Assembly: GCA_938033695.1 (NCBI GenBank)
Contig: CALHKE010000018.1
Location: forward strand, 6,654 to 70,653
Direction of reading: 5' to 3'
Length of the DNA: 64,000 nt
From: an uncultured Candidatus Saccharibacteria bacterium
Lineage (GTDB): Bacteria > Patescibacteriota > Saccharimonadia > Saccharimonadales > Saccharimonadaceae
The notes below the pieces were generated by a model. That model was not told the origin of the DNA and did not search any database. It saw nothing but the letters and a program-made list of their open reading frames with translations. Position numbers and translations under genes: made by a program. Position 1 is the first letter of the stretch, and every line of letters starts with the position of its first letter. This document shows, in pieces, positions 59,013-64,000 of the stretch.

Positions 59013-60632
59013 ATGACGAAAGCCCTATATCGTAAATATCGCCCACTTAAGCTCGCAGATGTCGTCGGTCAAGACGATACTATTCGTCAGTTACAAACTC
59101 AACTCACTAATCAAAAAATTTCTCACGGCTATCTTTTTGTCGGCGCCAGAGGCTGCGGCAAAACTTCGGTAGCCCGTATTTTTGCGCACGAGATTAATCA
59201 TTTCGACTATCAACTCGAGGATAATTATGTCGACATTATCGAAATCGATGCCGCCGTTTTCACCATGGTGGAGAACATTCGTGAACTGCGTGACAAGGCC
59301 ATGCTCGCCCCGACCACTGGCAAATACAAGGTCTACATCATTGACGAAATTCATATGCTCTCGAAAAATGCCTTTAATGCGCTTCTAAAAATTCTCGAGG
59401 AACCGCCAGAGCATATTGTTTTTATTTTTGCTACTACCAACCCAGAAAAAATCCCTGCCACCATTCTTTCGCGCGTACAGATTTTCCATTTTAAACTGGC
59501 GGATAAATCCGTCATGCAGCCATTCCTCGAAAATATTTGTCAAAAAGAGGGAATCAACATTGAGAAAGACGCTCTTTCACTACTCATCGAGCAAGGTGGC
59601 GGCTCCTTCCGTGATTCTTTATCGATTCTCGATCAGTTAAGCAATCTTCATCCTGACAAATCCACTCTGATTACTACCGAAGAAGTTTCTTCCGCCTTGG
59701 GTGTACCTAAGCAGGTTCTCATTCAAGAATTACTAGCAAGTTATGAGCAAGAAAATGTCGATCAAATTCGCAGCCTCATCGAAGAACTCATTAATCAAGG
59801 CAACAAAGCCGAGGGAATCGCGACTAGCCTCATTAAAGCCATCGTCCAAAATCCCACCGCCAAAAATCTTCATCTCATCGAAAAACTTTATGCCGTCAAT
59901 GGCGAATTTGCCAGCGCCAAACTCATTGTCGCTCTAATTTTAGATCATTTTAAAGCTACACCGATTACCATTTCCGCCCCTTCAACTCCACAAATTCAGG
60001 CCACAAATCCAGAAGTAAATACCCCAGCGCCAGAAGTAATAAACACGCAAGAGACCACGGAATCTCCTATCGCCGAACCGGCAGCGCCAGCGACTCCAGT
60101 GACCTCAGAGGAACCCGCTAAGCCTTCAATTAATCCCGAAATCCGCGAACGCTTAGTCAAGATTTCCAAGTCCAAACTTACTGAAAAAATCCAAGAACGT
60201 GTAGAGATTCAAAATCAACAAGTACAGGCCGAAGCCATGACTATTCCAGAGGCCGTAGTTTCTGGCTCTGGCGATTTTAGCGCCAAAGGTTTTCTCGAAA
60301 ATATTAAAAATATCGCGGAAACCCTCTTCGTCCCACTCAACAAATCCTATTTTGCCTACAAATCTAATCAATTAGAAATTTACCCGAGTGCCAAGGTTTG
60401 GTTCAATATTTTAAATAGCAAGAACAATCTCGAAGTCCTAAAAACCGCCATTAATGGCCTCAATATTATCATCATGAATCCCGACGAGCATAAAATTCCT
60501 AGTACCGCCGTCGATTTTAATCAATTTAGTGCTGGAAAATTAGAAGCCACACCAAAAACCGACGACGCCTCACTCAGTGCGATTTCTGATATAATGGGTA
60601 ACATACAAGAACTTGAAGATAGTCCATTCTAG
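59013..60632 (+). CDS. dnaX: DNA polymerase III subunit gamma/tau
   Basis: ALYRKYRP, GARGCGKTS, IIDEIHML, NALLKILEEPP. Confidence 0.95.
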   Translation: MTKALYRKYRPLKLADVVGQDDTIRQLQTQLTNQKISHGYLFVGARGCGKTSVARIFAHEINHFDYQLEDNYVDIIEIDAAVFTMVENIRELRDKAMLAPTTGKYKVYIIDEIHMLSKNAFNALLKILEEPPEHIVFIFATTNPEKIPATILSRVQIFHFKLADKSVMQPFLENICQKEGINIEKDALSLLIEQGGGSFRDSLSILDQLSNLHPDKSTLITTEEVSSALGVPKQVLIQELLASYEQENVDQIRSLIEELINQGNKAEGIATSLIKAIVQNPTAKNLHLIEKLYAVNGEFASAKLIVALILDHFKATPITISAPSTPQIQATNPEVNTPAPEVINTQETTESPIAEPAAPATPVTSEEPAKPSINPEIRERLVKISKSKLTEKIQERVEIQNQQVQAEAMTIPEAVVSGSGDFSAKGFLENIKNIAETLFVPLNKSYFAYKSNQLEIYPSAKVWFNILNSKNNLEVLKTAINGLNIIIMNPDEHKIPSTAVDFNQFSAGKLEATPKTDDASLSAISDIMGNIQELEDSPF

Positions 60633-60640
60633 GAGGTAAT

Positions 60641-62038
60641 ATGGCGGAATCAGCTCAACCAAGGTCGCAAAAATCGACCATTTCTCAAAATGACCCTAGC
60701 CTTTTTGGCGGTAAAGTTCCACCTCAGAATATTGAAGCTGAAAAATCTCTTCTTGGCTCCATACTACTCGACAGTACGACCTTTCCAGACATTCTTGAAA
60801 AACTTAAACCTATTGATTTTTATCACCAAATTCATGGACATATTTATCGCGCCATGATGAATCTCTATGAACGTAGTCAACCAATCGATCTTGTCACTTT
60901 GACTTCCGAGCTCAAATCCATGAAGCTTCTCAAGGAAGTCGGTGGTGCGACCTATATTTCTAATCTCACCATGGTCGTACCAACTGCCGCCAATGCACTT
61001 TCCTACGCCAATCTCGTAGAACAAGCCTCGATTCGTCGCCGCCTCATCAAGGCCGGCACCGAAATTGCTACCAAGGCCTACGATTCCGCCAATGAAGTGG
61101 GCGCCATGCTGGGACAAGCTGAAAAAGAACTTTTCGCGGTTTCTGATAGCAATACAAAAACCGATTACACCGCCCTTTCTGACCTTCTAGTCGATGCTTA
61201 CGACCGCATGGAAATGCTCAGTAAAAATAAAGGCGCTCTCCGTGGCCTTAAGACTGGCTTCCGTGATCTTGACAACAAAACCGCCGGCCTCCAAAAAGGC
61301 GACCTGATTATTATCGGTGCGCGTCCGGCCATGGGTAAAACCACTTTTGCCCAAAACCTGGCCTATAACGTCGCCGGCATTAACAAATGTGGCGTACTTT
61401 TCTTTTCTATGGAGATGGCAAAAAATGAAATTGTCGATCGTATTATTTCCACCACTTCTAATGTTGACTCTTGGCGCATCCGTACTGGTAATATCTCCAA
61501 CGATGACTTCGCTAAAATTGGTGATGCCCTTGGCGAAATGGGTGAAATTCCACTTTATCTAGATGATACTAGCTCCATGACTATTCTCGAGCTTCGCAAT
61601 AAAGCTCGTCGCGCACATCACGATCACAATATTGGCTTAATTATCGTCGACTACCTCCAGCTGATTACTGGTTCCGACCGCTATGCTGGTAACCGTGTGC
61701 AAGAGGTGACGGAAATTTCTCGTGGTCTCAAAATTCTCGCCCGTGAACTTGAAATTCCAGTCATTGCTCTAGCCCAGCTCTCTCGTGGTGTCACCGGTCG
61801 TGATGACCCAAGACCAGTACTTTCCGACCTTCGTGAATCTGGTTCCATCGAGCAGGACGCCGACCTTGTAATGTTCCTGCACCGTGTCGATTATTATCAC
61901 CAAGAAGAAGGCTACGAACCAACTAATATCACTGAGCTTCTCGTGGCCAAACACCGTCATGGTGCCATCGGTAAGATTGAACTTTATTTCCATCCAGAAT
62001 TGCTTCGCTTTATGAATCTCGACAAAACCCGCGAATAA
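60641..62038 (+). CDS. dnaB: replicative DNA helicase
   Basis: PPQNIEAE, ARPAMGKT, DYLQL, DLRESGSIEQDAD. Confidence 0.97.
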   Translation: MAESAQPRSQKSTISQNDPSLFGGKVPPQNIEAEKSLLGSILLDSTTFPDILEKLKPIDFYHQIHGHIYRAMMNLYERSQPIDLVTLTSELKSMKLLKEVGGATYISNLTMVVPTAANALSYANLVEQASIRRRLIKAGTEIATKAYDSANEVGAMLGQAEKELFAVSDSNTKTDYTALSDLLVDAYDRMEMLSKNKGALRGLKTGFRDLDNKTAGLQKGDLIIIGARPAMGKTTFAQNLAYNVAGINKCGVLFFSMEMAKNEIVDRIISTTSNVDSWRIRTGNISNDDFAKIGDALGEMGEIPLYLDDTSSMTILELRNKARRAHHDHNIGLIIVDYLQLITGSDRYAGNRVQEVTEISRGLKILARELEIPVIALAQLSRGVTGRDDPRPVLSDLRESGSIEQDADLVMFLHRVDYYHQEEGYEPTNITELLVAKHRHGAIGKIELYFHPELLRFMNLDKTRE

Positions 62039-62064
62039 ATCTGCAAATTTGCTATAATAGAAAC

Positions 62065-63528
62065 GTGGGTAAACTCAATCCAAACAAATACTTCTTATTT
62101 CGCCATCGTTTCAAACTTGGCTACTTACTACTTGGATTAATTTTTACGGGTTTACTTTTCTTTTTACCGCTCGTCACCCCGAACGGCCTCTCGAATGACG
62201 AATTTAATTTCACCACCAAAACCTTTGAATTGAATCGCCACACGATTTTTCGCGAGGTAATTGTCGACCTACCTTATCATTTACTCCAAAAGGGAATCTT
62301 TAAAATTCTTGGTGTTTCACCATATACTATTATGCTTCCTAGTGTAATCATTGGGGCAATTACCTGTATTTTGATTATTCTTTTACTTAACCGCTGGTTC
62401 AAAAACAACACTGCCATCATGGCCAGCATCATCACCGTGCTTTCTTCCAGCTTCCTTTTTATCTCTGGTAGTGGCACCGCCTTAATCATGATTTTATTCT
62501 GGACCACCTTATTACTCTGGCTCGGTTCCAAAGTTCAGGGCGAAAACAAACCAAAGGCCAGTTGGTGCTTCCTCTTCGGCATTTTTATGTGTCTCAGTAT
62601 TTTCACTCCCTACATGCTTTATTTAGACTTCTTCATTTTAATCTACGTTTTCGTTCATCCGCATCTCCGTTTTACTCTCAAAAATCTGCCGAAAATTCCT
62701 CTCGCTATTTTCAGCCTAATGGTGATTTCTGCAGTGACCATATTAATTTTGCGTGGACTAAAACATCCAGAAATTTTCACCGAATTACTCCTCATGCCGA
62801 GTTTTTCTTTTACCAATTACTTCCATAACCTCGGAAATGCTGTACGGGTAGCAATCACCTGGAACGGATTGGTTGAAAGCACTTTTCTCGCTCCGCTTTA
62901 TGGCTTACCGGCCATTACTCTAGCCATTATTGGCTTCATCTCGACCTTCAAGGGCTTCTTTGCCTCACGAAATTCTATGGCCTTTTTACTTACAGTTTTT
63001 ACCCTATTAATTTCTGGTCTCAATCCACAAATGATTATTCTTTTCATCCTACCACTCGCAGTCCTAGTTGCCCACGGCATGAAATACATTCTCCATAAAT
63101 GGTCCAGTATCTTCCCATACAACCCCTATGCTAAGGTTATTGGCGTGCTTCCGATTGGCTTATTTATGCTCATCGTTATCATCTCTGACCTAAACCATTT
63201 CGTTTACGGCTATCGCTATAGCGCACCGGTTGCTAACCAATTCACTAACGACATAAAACTACTCAATCGTTATTACAAAAATCATTTACTCTATCTACCA
63301 GATAATCAAGAAAATCGTAATTTTTATGTCCATTTAGCTAACTCATACACCATCTTTAACAAAACTCCGAAATATCAATACATCTCAGATCTTAGTGAGA
63401 ATACTGAGAAGCATAGTATTATTAGTTTCGAGAAAATTACCGATACCGAAAATTATGAACTCGAACATATCGTGACCAACGAAAAATCTCAAAATGCAGA
63501 CCGTCTCTATCTTTATAAATCTAAGTAA
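62065..63528 (+). CDS. multi-pass membrane protein, GT-C/PMT-like glycosyltransferase
   Basis: DE in the first loop, LPYHLL..G...LPS pattern, many TM segments. Confidence 0.6.
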   Translation: MGKLNPNKYFLFRHRFKLGYLLLGLIFTGLLFFLPLVTPNGLSNDEFNFTTKTFELNRHTIFREVIVDLPYHLLQKGIFKILGVSPYTIMLPSVIIGAITCILIILLLNRWFKNNTAIMASIITVLSSSFLFISGSGTALIMILFWTTLLLWLGSKVQGENKPKASWCFLFGIFMCLSIFTPYMLYLDFFILIYVFVHPHLRFTLKNLPKIPLAIFSLMVISAVTILILRGLKHPEIFTELLLMPSFSFTNYFHNLGNAVRVAITWNGLVESTFLAPLYGLPAITLAIIGFISTFKGFFASRNSMAFLLTVFTLLISGLNPQMIILFILPLAVLVAHGMKYILHKWSSIFPYNPYAKVIGVLPIGLFMLIVIISDLNHFVYGYRYSAPVANQFTNDIKLLNRYYKNHLLYLPDNQENRNFYVHLANSYTIFNKTPKYQYISDLSENTEKHSIISFEKITDTENYELEHIVTNEKSQNADRLYLYKSK

Positions 63529-63578
63529 GAGATGTTATAATAAATATTAATTAAGAATAGAGAATAATAGGAGAAATT

Positions 63579-63881
63579 ATGGGTGCTACCTTTGACCAGA
63601 TGAAAATGCTTAATGAACTTCGTAAAGCACAAAAAGATCTCAAAAATGAAATCGTAGAAGTAGAAGCTGGCGACGGCGCTGTCGTAGTCCAGATTACTGG
63701 TGAGTTAAAAGTGAAAAAAGTCACCATTGACCCAGAACGCGTTGATCTTGAAGACATCGCCGAACTCGAACGCTGGATTGAAAACTGCTTCCGCGATGGT
63801 TACGCTAAAGCCCAAGAAATTGCTGCCGACAAAATGAAGCCTTTGATGGGTCAACTTGGCAATCTAGGACTTGGCGCTTAA
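63579..63881 (+). CDS. ybaB: YbaB/EbfC nucleoid-associated protein
   Basis: EAGDGAVVV..TG..V.IDP; upstream of recR. Confidence 0.9.
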   Translation: MGATFDQMKMLNELRKAQKDLKNEIVEVEAGDGAVVVQITGELKVKKVTIDPERVDLEDIAELERWIENCFRDGYAKAQEIAADKMKPLMGQLGNLGLGA

Positions 63882-64000
63882 TGCTCCCTAGAGCACTCAC
63901 TGATACTATCGACGCACTGGGCAAACTGCCGGGCGTAGGGAATAAAACTGCCGAACGCTATGCGACCTATCTTTTTCGCAGCGATCGCAAAATCTCTCAG
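63881..64000 (+). CDS. recR: recombination protein RecR (5' part, runs off the window)
   Basis: MLPRALTDTIDALGKLPGVGNKTAERYA. Confidence 0.9.
   Translation, partial: MLPRALTDTIDALGKLPGVGNKTAERYATYLFRSDRKISQ

Overview
Bacterial chromosome segment, most likely from a host-associated Saccharibacterium (TM7/CPR). This is inferred from gene content: a complete arginine deiminase cluster, near-leaderless core genes, BspA/DUF285-like surface proteins, and CPR-like L33/L1 extensions. The right part (about 25.9-64 kb) is mostly core genes: a Y-family polymerase, rpmG, tRNA-Trp, ppa, rarA, secE-nusG, arcABDC, rplK-rplA, inverted rplJ-rplL, rlmH, dnaX, dnaB, ybaB and recR. The left about 25 kb, following tRNA-Tyr/tRNA-Thr, is an accessory region of ORFan and paralogous genes. 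Main observation: many accessory units share an rRNA-operon-like layout of TTGACA/TATAAT promoter, boxA-like motif, a 9-18 nt leader arm, the CDS(s), a complementary trailer arm at or just after the last stop codon, and an intrinsic terminator. The arms differ in sequence between units and often pair through G-U wobbles, which points to RNA-level 5'/3' zipping of each mRNA. One such unit (23.64-24.16 kb) carries a structured non-coding payload instead of a CDS, and a nearby rod-shaped RNA (21.9 kb) is complementary to both of its flanks. The same region encodes a family of alphaCTD-like/sigma70-region-4 proteins. All calls were made by eye; no searches or folding programs were run.
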